Assembly (NCBI GenBank): GCA_021613535.1
Contig: CP075494.1
Coordinates: 5,394,001-5,458,000 of the forward strand
Direction: 5' to 3'
Origin: Adineta vaga
Taxonomy: Eukaryota > Animalia > Rotifera
DNA length: 64,000 nucleotides
Positions 23,210-35,607 of the stretch are shown in pieces. Both the position numbers and the translations under genes were made by a program. Below the pieces are notes generated by a model, which saw nothing but the letters and a program-made list of their open reading frames with translations, did not search any database and had not been told where the DNA came from. Numbering within the stretch: position 1 is the first letter of the stretch; the number at the start of each line of letters is the position of its first letter.

Positions 23210-24590
23210 CTAAATATCAAGTTTTTTATATTGTAAATTCATCATTTGAGCGAAAATATCAACATAGAGATTTCTCTGAAAATCTAATGACAAACCACAT
23301 GGAATATTTAATTGATTTGATCCAGCACCTTCTTCTTTTCCATCCACAACAATTTCGCCTTTATTTCTCCCTTCGCACCATCGGACTACTCGATGATTTC
23401 CCCAATCTGTCACATAGATTTGACCAAAATAATCAATATTGTCGACAAGAATTTCTGACTGTCGATTAAGCCATCGAACAACTCGTTTACTTTCGTCATC
23501 AGCAATGATTAATGAATGATCTTGTTTATCAGCAATCATACCTGCTGGATGATACAGCTGATCAGATCTAATTTCTTTGTCCATTTCTACCTGCAACGAT
23601 CGTTCCCTATTTGGCACCATATATCCACTTGACAATACGATGATTCCATGAATCAGCAACATAAATCGATTTCTTTTTAGTAATATAGATTCCCTTAGGA
23701 GAATAAAGTTGATTTAATTTATTTCCATATGCATTTTCTCCAGCAACAGTCATAGCGTATTGTTTCCATTTGTTGAATTTGATTACTAAAGAGATAAAGA
23801 CGTCAATTTTAACTTGTTAGGTATAGAATAGATCATTTTTTTAAATAGTACTTTCCCTTCAATTTTTCTATGAAGATAGGACCGAAATTTTATCAATTCA
23901 GTTTGAAGAACCAGTTTTATTGAAATTAGTTGAGAATCTTGTCTGTAAAAAGAAAATCCGAAGTTTTTCAGAGAAACTGATCCAGCAATGATAGAAGAAC
24001 ATGAAATAATAAAAATATGCAATCATTTTATTCAATAACGTTGAGTCTTTTTAAATCAGTTAGAAAGTACATTATCATTACTCGGAATAATTCATTATTC
24101 ATAGTATTAAACATAGAAGCATCTTCTATAAAAGAAATGCAATTGACGATCCAACTTTCACCGGCATTGATTTTAATCCATGTATATGATCTGTTTCAAT
24201 AGCTCTCATGCTATTTCTTTGTGAATCAATATGTCGTAAATAATAGATTCGACAACAATCTAAGAAAAATAAAATCACGAATGGATCACAATCATCGATA
24301 TCATTCAGTAGATTTTGTGTATTGATTAAATATTTTCTTAAGTCACTACCAATCAATGCTGTTCTTATTGATGAATCACCTTCGAGTTCTTCTTTGGAAT
24401 TATCAACTGGACTCAAACAATTCTGTTCCTAAATTTGATTGAAGAGAAGACATAGATGAAACTGAGTGAATAAATTCTTTCTTACTTCTTATTGTATTCC
24501 ATAACCAGCAAAATAGAATAAAACCATATCATCTTTTTTCATTGAACATTCAAAATCAATGATTACATGACGCATTTGTGTATGTGTAGT
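23210..24590 (-). pseudogene. Decayed caspase-like (C14) domain followed by NHL repeats
   Basis: DDMVLFYFAGYGIQ*E|gtaag (His to Tyr; stop at 24491-24489), then EQNCLSPVD...ILFFLDCCR. After a linker come frameshifted NHL blades: KFNKWKQYAMTVAG...NQLYSPKGIYI...IYVADSWNHRIVKW and IYVTDWGNHRVVRW. Confidence 0.8.
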
Positions 24591-24944
24591 CGCTATAATC
24601 AAGACAATTCCGATCTTAACTTGAATAATACAAACTAAAGCTATTATTACATGTAATATCTATATTCTGTTTCGCGACAGTAAAATTCAAGTAAATAAAT
24701 TATACAAGAAGCGCTTGCGTGAAACGAAAAGCTTTAAAAATTGTTGACAGAAAAAGAAAAACATTTTCTCGACGCTTTGACATGTGCTTTATTTATGCGT
24801 CGAAAAATTGAATATCATTTCTTTTATCAGTTTTTTTCAGTCGGTAGTAGCAAGAATAGTGGAAAACGTTTTATCAAAAATCAATTCATTGATAGGAAGT
24901 GTATACGATTGTATTCACTGATTATTTATCTTTGTAGAATTATC

Positions 24945-25646
24945 ATGAGAAAGATCTATATTAAGACAACGACTGGTATGGGCAGAACTTATGATTTCGA
25001 TATCGAATCATTTACAACAATTAAACAATTAAAAGAACAATTTTTGAAGAAGACAAAGAGTGAAAAAGACGGACAAAATCTTCGTTTTGTATTCAATGAA
25101 GAAATACTGGAAGACGATAGTCGTATATTATCAACTTATGGTATTGAGGATGAATCGATGTTACAAGTAATTAATTTGGATGATAGAACTCGTAATGGTG
25201 CATTTAGAATACCGACATTTATTGATGTAAGTAATAGTAAAGGTTTGAAAAGAGTAGGATGGGCAAAAACAATAGCTCCGGCATGGCGAATTGCGTCACC
25301 TGGTTTATGTCTTGAAGGTGTGTGCTATAATAAAGATTGCAAAGCTTATCAACAGAGTGTTATCATGTCAATGGGTTTTATAAGATTTGATATAATTGTT
25401 GATGCAGATGGTGATACGACAAAATGTCCACTATGTCACAAATATGTTAATCCAACCACATGTGGTTTTAGTAATTGTTGGTGGAGATACGAAGGAAAAA
25501 AACAAAATGAAAATAAATCACCTGAAAAATGTTCATGTGATTGGCAACAAGCTGATGATGCTTATCATTATTTTGATGAAGATAAAAGTGGAAATGTCAC
25601 ATGGAAACAACTCATTGTTGAAGCAGTGCAAAATAAGCCTAAATAA
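24945..25646 (+). CDS. Ubiquitin-like domain + uncharacterised Cys-rich domain protein, paralog 1 (233 aa)
   Basis: Start MRKIYIKTTTG lies just after a 5'UTR acceptor (tttgtag). The Ubl fold pattern is TTIKQLK...LRFVFNEEILED...LSTYGIEDES. The C-terminal domain is APAWRIASPGLCLEGVCYNKDC...CPLC...TCGFSNCWW. Confidence 0.88.
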   Translation: MRKIYIKTTTGMGRTYDFDIESFTTIKQLKEQFLKKTKSEKDGQNLRFVFNEEILEDDSRILSTYGIEDESMLQVINLDDRTRNGAFRIPTFIDVSNSKGLKRVGWAKTIAPAWRIASPGLCLEGVCYNKDCKAYQQSVIMSMGFIRFDIIVDADGDTTKCPLCHKYVNPTTCGFSNCWWRYEGKKQNENKSPEKCSCDWQQADDAYHYFDEDKSGNVTWKQLIVEAVQNKPK

Positions 25647-26971
25647 CAACTTGATTTTCTATATTGAAGAAATATATCAATGAAGTATCAAATAAAAATT
25701 TATTCCTTCAATCTTTTCTTGAGAGCTTCTAATTATTGAAATAAATTTCCATTGAACTGTTCAGCCTTTCTTTCGATGATATATGACAATATTTATCAAA
25801 AGAAATATGGTAATTATTAATAATCTGGCACGTTGTACATATCCAAAATTTACTCAAAAGTAATTATTGTTGTGCAAAGACCTTTTTTCGATGTGAATAC
25901 GAAGACATTGTTCTATCTATGAATTTTCACCTATACTTCAAGTTCTTGCACAGTTACAACTATTAATAGATGCGAAAACATCGGATTGAAATCCTGATGT
26001 CATGTGTACTTTAAAAAGATGATCTGGGTGAAATTTAACCATCGTGAGAGTGCCCCTCCTCCCTTGCAACGCTTCCTATCGATTTGAATCCTATATTGGC
26101 ATTTATTCAGATCTAAGCAATCACCATGAAAGGTTAGGTGAGGATAGTTTTTATAGAGATTGGATGCATAATAAACTGACAGATAGAAAAACAAACTTTT
26201 CTTCTTTATATATCTACAGAAAATATAGAAAGTTTTACTGTAGCTCAGCAACGGTATAACCGATTCTGTTCATCCTCGAACTCGACTGAGATATTGATGA
26301 GATAATGCTATATACAAAACTTCATGACAACTGGATTAGTCTTTGAGGAGTTATCGCGTAAACGGATAGTGTACTCACTTTTTGAGTACGCAAAAACAAT
26401 ATTTTGATTCATTCTATCTTAATGAATGCTGGTGGACTATGAAGTGAAGACGAGTAACTACGATTTTTTCGTTTTCTTAATACATGTAAAACCATAAATA
26501 GAATAAGACTTCGTAAATTTGATATAGGTTTTTGAAATTTTGTAAGTCACTGAAACTACCTCAGAAGTAGATGAATTCATCTCAGAATACCTTCAAAATA
26601 CTATACTCGATTCAAATCGTTGAGAGAAGACGATGATAGATTTACAATCTAATATATAAATGTAAATGATTCGTTTTCAATAGAAGAACATTTGTCGTGT
26701 ATTTGATAGACAAACGTCATGCTTTGGAAATGTCCTACTATTCTATGTCATTGAATAAATACAATATAGCTGTTATCTAAATCACATATATCTTTTTTCT
26801 GTATATAAACGCGTGTTGAGATGGTTTTTTTTCTTCACAGTTAAGAATTATAGACAAAGCAGTCGACTCTTTCTTTGCATTGATAATTGATAAAACAATA
26901 ATATTTTTCGTGTCTTCTTTCGTAATCTGTAGTTAAGTCTAACAATAATCATTTTCATTTTTAGAAATATT

Positions 26972-27685
26972 ATGAGAATTTACATCCAGGTTCCGCTTGG
27001 AGTACTACGCACTTATGAATTCGATGTTGAACCAACTTTGACATTATTCGAATTTAAGATACGTTTCTGTGAAGAATTAAAGACTCCAAAGGATTTACAA
27101 AAAATTTGGTTTATCTATAACAACAGTTTACTTGATGATGATACAAACAGTTTAGAAGATTGTCATGTGGAAGATGAATCAGTATTACAATATGTTGATT
27201 TGTATGACAATGCAGTTAAACGAAATAACTTCAACGTCATTGGAATCAAATTTGTTGATGTTAATGATAAGAAAGGTTTGAAAAAAGTAGCATGGGCGAA
27301 AACAAGTCCGCCTTGGCGAATTGCTCGACCTGGTCTATGTCTTGAAGGTCTATGCAGTAATACGCAATGTGCTGCTCATGGACAATCTGTCATTATATCA
27401 TTTGGTTATGAAAAAATCAATATAGCTGATATAGATGAAACAACATCCAAATGTCCTATGTGTAATCAATTTGTCAACCCACAAACATGTGCTTTTAACA
27501 ATTGTTGGTGGAGATATTACGGTAAAAAGCCGAATACAAAGGATTTACAAAAACAACCAATAAAATGTTCATGCGAATGGCAATACGCTGATAATGCATA
27601 TCATTATATTGACCAAAATGGCACTGAAATAGTTACATGGTTGATACTAACGATTCACGCAGTCAAAGATAAACCAATCACTTAA
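26972..27685 (+). CDS. Ubiquitin-like domain + uncharacterised Cys-rich domain protein, paralog 2 (237 aa)
   Basis: Collinear with 24945-25646: PPWRIARPGLCLEGLCSNTQC...CPMC...TCAFNNCWW. It has the same acceptor just before the ATG. Confidence 0.88.
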   Translation: MRIYIQVPLGVLRTYEFDVEPTLTLFEFKIRFCEELKTPKDLQKIWFIYNNSLLDDDTNSLEDCHVEDESVLQYVDLYDNAVKRNNFNVIGIKFVDVNDKKGLKKVAWAKTSPPWRIARPGLCLEGLCSNTQCAAHGQSVIISFGYEKINIADIDETTSKCPMCNQFVNPQTCAFNNCWWRYYGKKPNTKDLQKQPIKCSCEWQYADNAYHYIDQNGTEIVTWLILTIHAVKDKPIT

Positions 27686-27876
27686 TTCAAACGTTTTTGT
27701 AATTATTTGCTATTAATAAATACTATGTTAATATTCTTTTATGGAAATTCATATCCTATACTATCACAATCATTTTTTCTTGAAAAGAAAACTTTTTTAA
27801 AACCAGATAATTGAACATTAAAATTTTACGATTAATGAAATTATTTCTTTTCTTTTCATTATACGAAATAATTCAA

Positions 27877-28848
27877 TTAAAATATAGTGTCCGAAATAAT
27901 CATCAGTGAGACCAAGAATACTATACTTATTCCAAATAGCGAGAGTTGATTCAATGCTGATGATTTTGATACAAGTGGTAAAATATTTATTTGATGAAAT
28001 AATTCCTTTGTTAGTTTTAACATTTGATTGGCATTTTCTTTTGAATTACAATTATCTTGATCACATAAGATTATTTGACTAAAATCTTCAACTGGAACTG
28101 TTGATGGACTTGTAAAAGAATATACAAAGGTAATCGACGTTTCGTTATTCTTTAGATTAAAATATGAATATGTATAAAAGGAAGTAACAATACTTTTTAC
28201 TTTGAAACAACCTGCGTGGAAACTTGATGTAGAATTCAATTGTTCGAATACACATTTCGTTTTATCATCCGGTGATAAACATTGTTCACTTTTATTTGAA
28301 ATATTATCAAAACATGAAGTGACTCTGTTTGATGATGATATCAACATTAAATAGTTCACATCCAGAACAAATTTTACAAATTGTGTTTTCATTGTAACAG
28401 TTTTCGAAACGAAACGACGAGCTTCATTTACGGAACAGAAATCATTTGAATGACACATACTGAGATACAACAGTGTCTTTTTCTAAAGAACATATAGAAT
28501 TAAAGAAATCGAAACATAAAATCAAGCATGAAATACCTCTTCGGGTGTGAAAACTATATTTATTGTCATTGCTTGAAAAGATGGTATTACTAAACCGTTA
28601 CCATGCTTTCTTATTCGATCTAAACTAAGCAAAGTGACTGTGATGTATTCTTCGACGTAATTCGTTAAAACAGAGACAATGCATTCGTCGTCGTTGACTT
28701 CAGTTATATTTGTGCCACATGGTTTCGGCCATTCATTTGTGGCAGGCAATTGCTCGTTCATTTTAATCGTTATCACACATGATATATCACATTTTAATGA
28801 ATGAATAAGATGCAACGAAAGGATGAGAATAATGATATGAACGAGCAT
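27877..28848 (-). CDS. Secreted, probably GPI-anchored Cys-rich protein with two Ly6/three-finger-like modules (about 305 aa)
   Basis: Signal peptide followed by LKC. An in-frame intron at 28536-28483 joins the two track ORFs. Modules end CHSNDFC and CDQDNCN, and the C-terminus is hydrophobic. Confidence 0.7.
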
Positions 28849-30743
28849 TGGTTGAGAACTAGTAAATATATATTTATGTTCCGCGCGTTTTAGTAATTAA
28901 TTATACACTTTTAGAATAGAACTATTTCGTTTATTAATCACAATGAATAGAATCTACCACGAATGTTCTTATTTCTATTTTTTTCAGCTGAATTCAATCA
29001 TCTTCTCGACTTATTTCTTTATTGTCACGGTATAACCTGCTTCAGTACAGTCCATGAACAAGTTTCATGCATATATTAGTTCTCACTCAAGATTCATGTT
29101 TTCGGAAATCTTTCTCAAGACGAAGGAAAACAACATAGTCAACTTTCTCTGAAATTATAAACCATATGTTTTTCAATTGACAGATATGCTGTGTCGAATA
29201 GTCTATAGGAAAATAGATACATGAGAAGCATGAATAAGTTGTTTGAACTAGTGAAGGTGAATATATATGTGTAAAATGAAAAAGATATAGTCATGAACTG
29301 TTGAACAGTTTTTAAAAAAATATTAATATAAACTTTGTTGCGTCGTATTTCACATTCGAAAAGATAAACAATTATAACTTCTTTGTTGTATGTATTCTTC
29401 GATATTTAAATAAAGATATGGCTTTCACATGTTTTCCCGTACTTTCTAATGTATTTGGAATTTACATTTACATCTGAAAGAGCCCGGACTGTCATACACG
29501 CAATACTAACAAGACGATTTTGTAGTAAATATAATAAGAGATAGTGCGTAGTGTTTTGCTACTACTACGACTAGGTTCGAAACGATTTATTGTTATTTAT
29601 ATGTTGACGGAAATTGAGCTATAGAATGCAGTAAAGTCATGTGACATAGAAAGAAAAAGATTTCTTTCATTTCTTTTCGAATAATTTCAGATGCACATGG
29701 AATGAGAAACAACTATTTTATGTTCATTGCCTGAACTGAAGTAGCATTCGTAGGAATATGACGTATAACTACAACAAATGCTATGAGTGTGAAATGAATT
29801 TAAAAACAGTTTCAATAATTCTTCTAGATATCTGAACTAGTCAAAGTGCATCGACAACATCATTTCAGCTTTACAGATAATATCATTTGCCAGAAAAAAA
29901 ATTGTTTTTATTGTAAAGGAAAAAGTCTCGAGAAAGAGATGATCAATAAATCGAATATTCCGATTGAACTAAAATATTTGTTTTCGTTTTGTTAATCGAC
30001 GAAAGAATTGAAATGAAGAGCAAATTGATTCTGTACATGAAAATTTGATTTGATTTTAATGTTTCTGATGCAACTGTAAGGGAATAATCGATTATGTCTT
30101 GAGTTACAATTATCTTGATTACATATGATTGTTCAATCCATTTTTTCTTTAGTCTTATCAGTTGATGAATTGGTCACTGGTAACTTTGAATCAAAATGTG
30201 AATATAAAAATATGAAAATGATGATTCTATTATCGATAGGGTTTATTGAAGACGATGACCAATCATATTTTTCTGTATTTCAAAGAGTTATATCGATATG
30301 CTGGTGAAACATGATTTAGAAAATAAATCGAACCAGTTGCCTTAACGATCCATATATCTCCATTGATAATTCATAGTTATGAACTTATTTAAAAGTTAGG
30401 AGAAAGCTGAATTATTACCATGTTATATTCATATATACACAGACGAAGATCATATACAGGTAAACAGCTTAGAACAAGACTTATGATAGAAATAGCTATT
30501 TGGAAACCTGAACGTAAGAGTATTGATGACTGTTTTGTCAATAAAGTGAATATAATATTGATCGTGTAGGAGATGAAATTGTGAGAGAATCTATTCGGGT
30601 ATTCAAAGCAGTAAAGAGAAACGTCTTGCTGACTTTCTTGATTCAACTATTTATTCAGTCAATTAGATATTGTTTCATATTTTTTTTAAAATTTGATGGT
30701 TTTCCCGAATCAGCGACATATAGATTACCTTTGATATCGAAAG

Positions 30744-31451
30744 TTAAACCGCGTGATCCGATGTTATATATGGTGATGAAGGTTTTTCTCGCAAACAAAT
30801 TATATGCATTCCTTCCGTAGGTGTAAATTTGTTGATAACTTCAAAATAACTTTTAGGCATCAGAATAATTTCATCTACATCATGAAGATATGAGTGGTTT
30901 TGAATCGACTTTCCATTCAAACATTCGATACAAAATAATGTTCGATCACCTTCAAATTTCAGAGATTCTTGGATAGAATGAAATGATGTTGTACATGAAC
31001 TTATTCCATACCAAACATGATCTTCATTGTATTGATCAATCAAATTTCCATGAGCACCACGCCATACAGTTCCTTTGAAAGATGGAAGTTTATACAAACT
31101 ATTATAAAATAATTTGAGAAAAGGAAACCATTGTGAAAGAGTATCTTGGCTTTGAGATCGAAGCTGTTGATTGAGTAAAGTAGATAAATCCGATGATGGA
31201 AGAGGCCAAGGCGATGTATATAATTGAATTGCTATAGATTCATCGATTGTTAATTCATGCATTGGTTTTCCACGGCCTCTTCTTGAAATTCCAATCATTA
31301 CATTACAATGAAGAAGTAACGGTTCGATTGGTCGTATGGCTTCTTCCAACGACACTAGCGGACAGTTTTGGTAATTGTTAATAGATGATAAAATTTGACT
31401 AGGCTCTTCGTCTGCATCAAGAAAACGTTTGGGAAGAATCCTTTCGGCCAT
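30744..31451 (-). CDS. Solo R-S-E clade mono-ADP-ribosyltransferase-like protein, intronless
   Basis: Motifs PLVSLEEA, DESIAIQLYT, TVWRG (R), GISSCT (S) and HSYLHDVDEIILMP (E). Confidence 0.88.
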   Translation of the reverse strand: MAERILPKRFLDADEEPSQILSSINNYQNCPLVSLEEAIRPIEPLLLHCNVMIGISRRGRGKPMHELTIDESIAIQLYTSPWPLPSSDLSTLLNQQLRSQSQDTLSQWFPFLKLFYNSLYKLPSFKGTVWRGAHGNLIDQYNEDHVWYGISSCTTSFHSIQESLKFEGDRTLFCIECLNGKSIQNHSYLHDVDEIILMPKSYFEVINKFTPTEGMHIICLREKPSSPYITSDHAV

Positions 31452-32112
31452 TAACTATTATAAAAATCTTCCGAAATTTTTCATTCTGTTCCTTTTATAA
31501 ACAACATTATTTACAAACAAAAACGTTTGTTACTACGGTAATTCCGTTGAAGAATACAGACATATATGATTAAATTGTGTACATATTTTTTTCTTATTTT
31601 AGAACAAATCCTTTAGCATTAACAATTAGAATATATCAAATATTTATTAAATCTCTTCTTGAAATAAAAAGCCAAAAGAAGATTTATATTTGCATTGACA
31701 CCTTCTAACAAACATTTACAAAAGTTAATAAAGATATCAAAAAGACAAATACTCTTCTCGTTTTCTTTATTGTATACGTTATTTACATTGAATATCATAG
31801 AAGATAAAAAATAAGCAACATGAAGCAAAAAAATCATAGTTGAGTAAAAACTAAAATAGATATATTAGTTTGTCTTGCTTTTTATCATTTTTCAAGGTAA
31901 TATACAAAGTCCACAAGAGAGAATAATGATGAATCAAAAGATATCTTATCATCAGTAGAATTTGCTCTATGATGATGATGACAATATAAATCTTATCATT
32001 ATTAATAAATCTATGCATTTTCTTTGAGTTGAGTTACAATCAACCATCTTTTTTTTTCTTTTACTTTTTGATCTATAAACTTTTATTTTAGATTGGTTTA
32101 ACCTAATCAAAC

Positions 32113-35100
32113 ATGCGGCAAGAATCTATAAAGTATATGATCAATAAAAGATCTTCCATGAAAAATTCTTTCTTTTTTTTAGTACTCATACTCATTTGAT
32201 CCCATCAAATGATCATCCAAGAAGTTACAATCGTTGGTTACTCCTTGTAATTCTTCTTCTTCTTGTTTCATCAATTACATTGGGTGTTCTCTTTGGAGTT
32301 GAGAAATCCAAAGTAAAACCAACTCCAGTACCAACTACAACCACAACTCAAGTACCAACCACAACCACAACTCCACCTCGTACTATTTTTCATTCGATTT
32401 TGTTTTCAAGAAGAAATAAATCATTTTATTATCTATTTTATAGACGTTGATGACCTTTGTTTAACACCTTATTGTGTCAAAGCAGGTATGTAATATGGCA
32501 GAGTCATGATTATCTTGAAGAACTCTATCTTTCTAGCGGATTATTTATTGGACTCAGTTGATGAAACAATCAATCCTTGTGAAGATTTCTATCATTTTGC
32601 ATGTGGATCATGGTTAAAAACAGCTCGTATTCCTGAAGAAAGTCAGTTTCTCTTTTCTTCAAACAAAACAATCATTCAAATTTCTTTTCTTTTCAGGTGG
32701 CGTTCAAAATATCTTCAATCTCTTGGACACACAATTAGATGGAAATCTCATTGGTACCATTTCATCTAACCTCATTCATTCATCATCATCATCATCATTT
32801 ATTTAATTTATTTAGATCTTTTATCAGCAAATACTACCGATACTACAGCAGCAGTTGCACATGCTCGTGCATTATATGCATCGTGTATCAATGAAGCACA
32901 AATTGAACATGAAGGTGTTGAAGCTGTTATGGATATTGTTAATAATGAATTCGGTGGATGGCCAATTTTACATGGTACTTTATGGAATGATACAACATTC
33001 AATTTAACAAATATCTTACTTAAATTACGTAAATATGATGACGGTATTGTCTTTAGTGTTACAACAGCGACGAATCAAGAAAATTCTTCTGTCTATGATA
33101 TTGAAGTAAGTAGTGATCTCAGATTGTTGTTTGTTTATTTGTTTTTGAAAAATATATTGTAGCTTGCACAAGGTACCCTTGGTTTACAAGAAACTGAATA
33201 TTATAATAATGAAACAGCGATTACAGAAGCATATCGTCAATTTATGCGAGATTTAGCTGGAGCTTTATCCAATGATACATCAGCAATTACAAATGATGCT
33301 CGAGATATGTTTTTATTAGAAAAAAGTATCGCTCAAGTAAGTTCTATTGATTTTTTTGATAAAAATTTCATTTATGATCTTTCAAATGATGTCTTTTAGT
33401 ACCATTGGTCTGCTGGTGAACAAATTCTTCGTGATAATGAAACTGTTCGAACAACTGTCGCCGATCTTTCTAAAGCACTCCAGTCTTCGGTAAAAGATTC
33501 TTCTATATATATATATATATATTTCGTTTTTATACAATTTATATTTCAATTTTTAGTTTGATTTTACTAATTATCTTACTGAAGCCTATTTGATTGGTAA
33601 TGTTACTTTAGTTCCAACAGATCTTGTCACTGTTAGTGAAGTTCCATATTTACTGAATGTATCAACACTTCTTCATCAAACTCCACCACGTATTTTACAA
33701 AACTATGTTGTTTGGCGTTTTCTTATGAATCGAGCTATTTATATGCCACAACATATTCGAAATACACGTGAACAATTCGATCGTGTATTTAAAGGTACAA
33801 GTGCTGAACCAGCACGTTCAACTGTATGTACGGATTATGTTAATAATAATATGGGCTTTGCCGTATCAAGATTATATGTCAAGAAATATTTTGATGATGA
33901 TGCTCGTAATCAATCCAAAGAACTTATTCAAAATATTCGTACTTCAATGATTGCTATGCTTGAAAATGCCACATGGATGGATGCGGATTCGAAAGCAAAA
34001 GCTGTTGATAAAGTAAAAAATGACGTTTTTCTTTGTTTGTTGATTAGAATTTATTTTGTTGATGAATAGGCTCAAGCTATCTATGAAAATATTGGTTATC
34101 CAGATTATGTTGCTAGTGATAATACAACACAATTGGAAAAGATGTATGCAGACGTAAGAAAAAGAAGACTTCTTATGATAGTGAAAAGAAGATGCTTTCG
34201 TTTAGTATGTATTCAATTCATCATTTCTTGATAATGTTCTTCAAATGCAACGTGTCAAAGCTCGAGAAGATTTTCGAACACTTCGTGAAGTTGTTGATCA
34301 TCGTGCATGGGGCGATCTTCCACCAACCATTGTTAATGCTTTTTATGAACCATCTACCAATGCTATTTGTAATACTTTAGATTCTATTTTATTCAAACAT
34401 ATGAAAACTTTTTTCTTTTTCTCTGAACAGCTTTTCCAGCCGCTATTTTACAAATGCCATATTTTAACAAATTTGCACCCAAGTAAATAACTTTCTCTTC
34501 TTTTTACTCATCAATAATCTATTCTTTTTTTGTTTCAGATATCTCAACTATGGTGGTATGTAATCATTAACTCTTCATTGATGACTAGACTTTATTTTTG
34601 GACATTATAGGTATTGGTATGGTTATTGGTCATGAAATTACTCATGGTTTTGATGATGATGGTCGTCAATATGATAAAAATGGAAATCGTCATCCATGGT
34701 GGTCTAATACAACTATCAATCAATTTAATGAACGTAAACAATGTATTATTGATCAATATAGTAATTATACCGTCGAACAAATTCATAAAAATGTAACTTT
34801 TTCTTTTCTTCTCGAGGAGATTTCTAATAAGCGGTTTGCCTGTTTTAGTTAAATGGTGATCAAACTCAAGGAGAAAATATTGCCGATAATGGTGGTATTA
34901 AAAGTTCATTTTATGTAAGTTAATAGATTTTGTTTAGAATGTATCGATATCTACTCATTATATAGGCATATCAAAATTGGGCAAAAGCAAATCCAAATGT
35001 TGATAGACGATTACCAGGCTTAAATAAATATTCTCAAGAACAAATGTTTTTTATTGGTTATGCTCATGGTTGGTGTGCAAAATTTACTGATGCTTATGCT

Positions 35101-35302
35101 TTAAATCGAGTTTTAACTGATGTTCATTCAATTCCACAATTTCGGTATGATTTTTATAGTTAATTATTTCTTTTTTTAACCATGAAAGTTTTCTTTTTTT
35201 AGAGTTCTTGGTCCATTATCTAACTTCGTTGAATTTGATCGCGTCTTCAATTGTACACCTGGTCAAGGAAATAGTCGTGTGAAAAAATGTGCTGTTTGGT
35301 AG
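32113..35302 (+). CDS. Neprilysin/endothelin-converting-enzyme family (M13) metallopeptidase, type II membrane, multi-exon
   Basis: N-terminal TM and Thr-rich stalk. Motifs [21 protein letters not shown] (34631-34645), ENIADNGG and C-terminal CAVW* (stop 35300-35302). Many short GT-AG introns. Confidence 0.93.
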
Positions 35303-35607
35303 ACTATGCGCGTTTGTTTCTGCGTGTGTGTGTGTGTTAATTAAAATAAACAAAAGAATTTTCTTATAGCATAAAAAGAAAGAGAAAACAAAATCGCTGT
35401 TCATTTGTTTTTCTGAAAGGAGGAGGAAAAGAAAACTTTTTATAGTGTAATAAACACAAAAAAAGAAGTGTGTTGCAATACTTTCCATTTCCTTGATTGT
35501 AGTGGATTCTTAACGAGCGTTACTATGACAGTCGTTTTCAGTAAAGGCATTTCTTCAAATGACAATTCATTTGTTTGCTGTCAAAAAAATATTCTGAGAG
35601 AAAAATT

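Noticed and set aside
25990-26400. Possible Tc1/mariner transposase relic (MIWVKF..., LGEDSF) and a 7-bp hairpin at 26371-26389
   Set aside because: No DDE motif or TIRs are identifiable, and a stem that short is expected by chance.
29000-30700. Coding-like fragments between the Ly6-like and ART genes
   Set aside because: Multiple stops and no assignable family.
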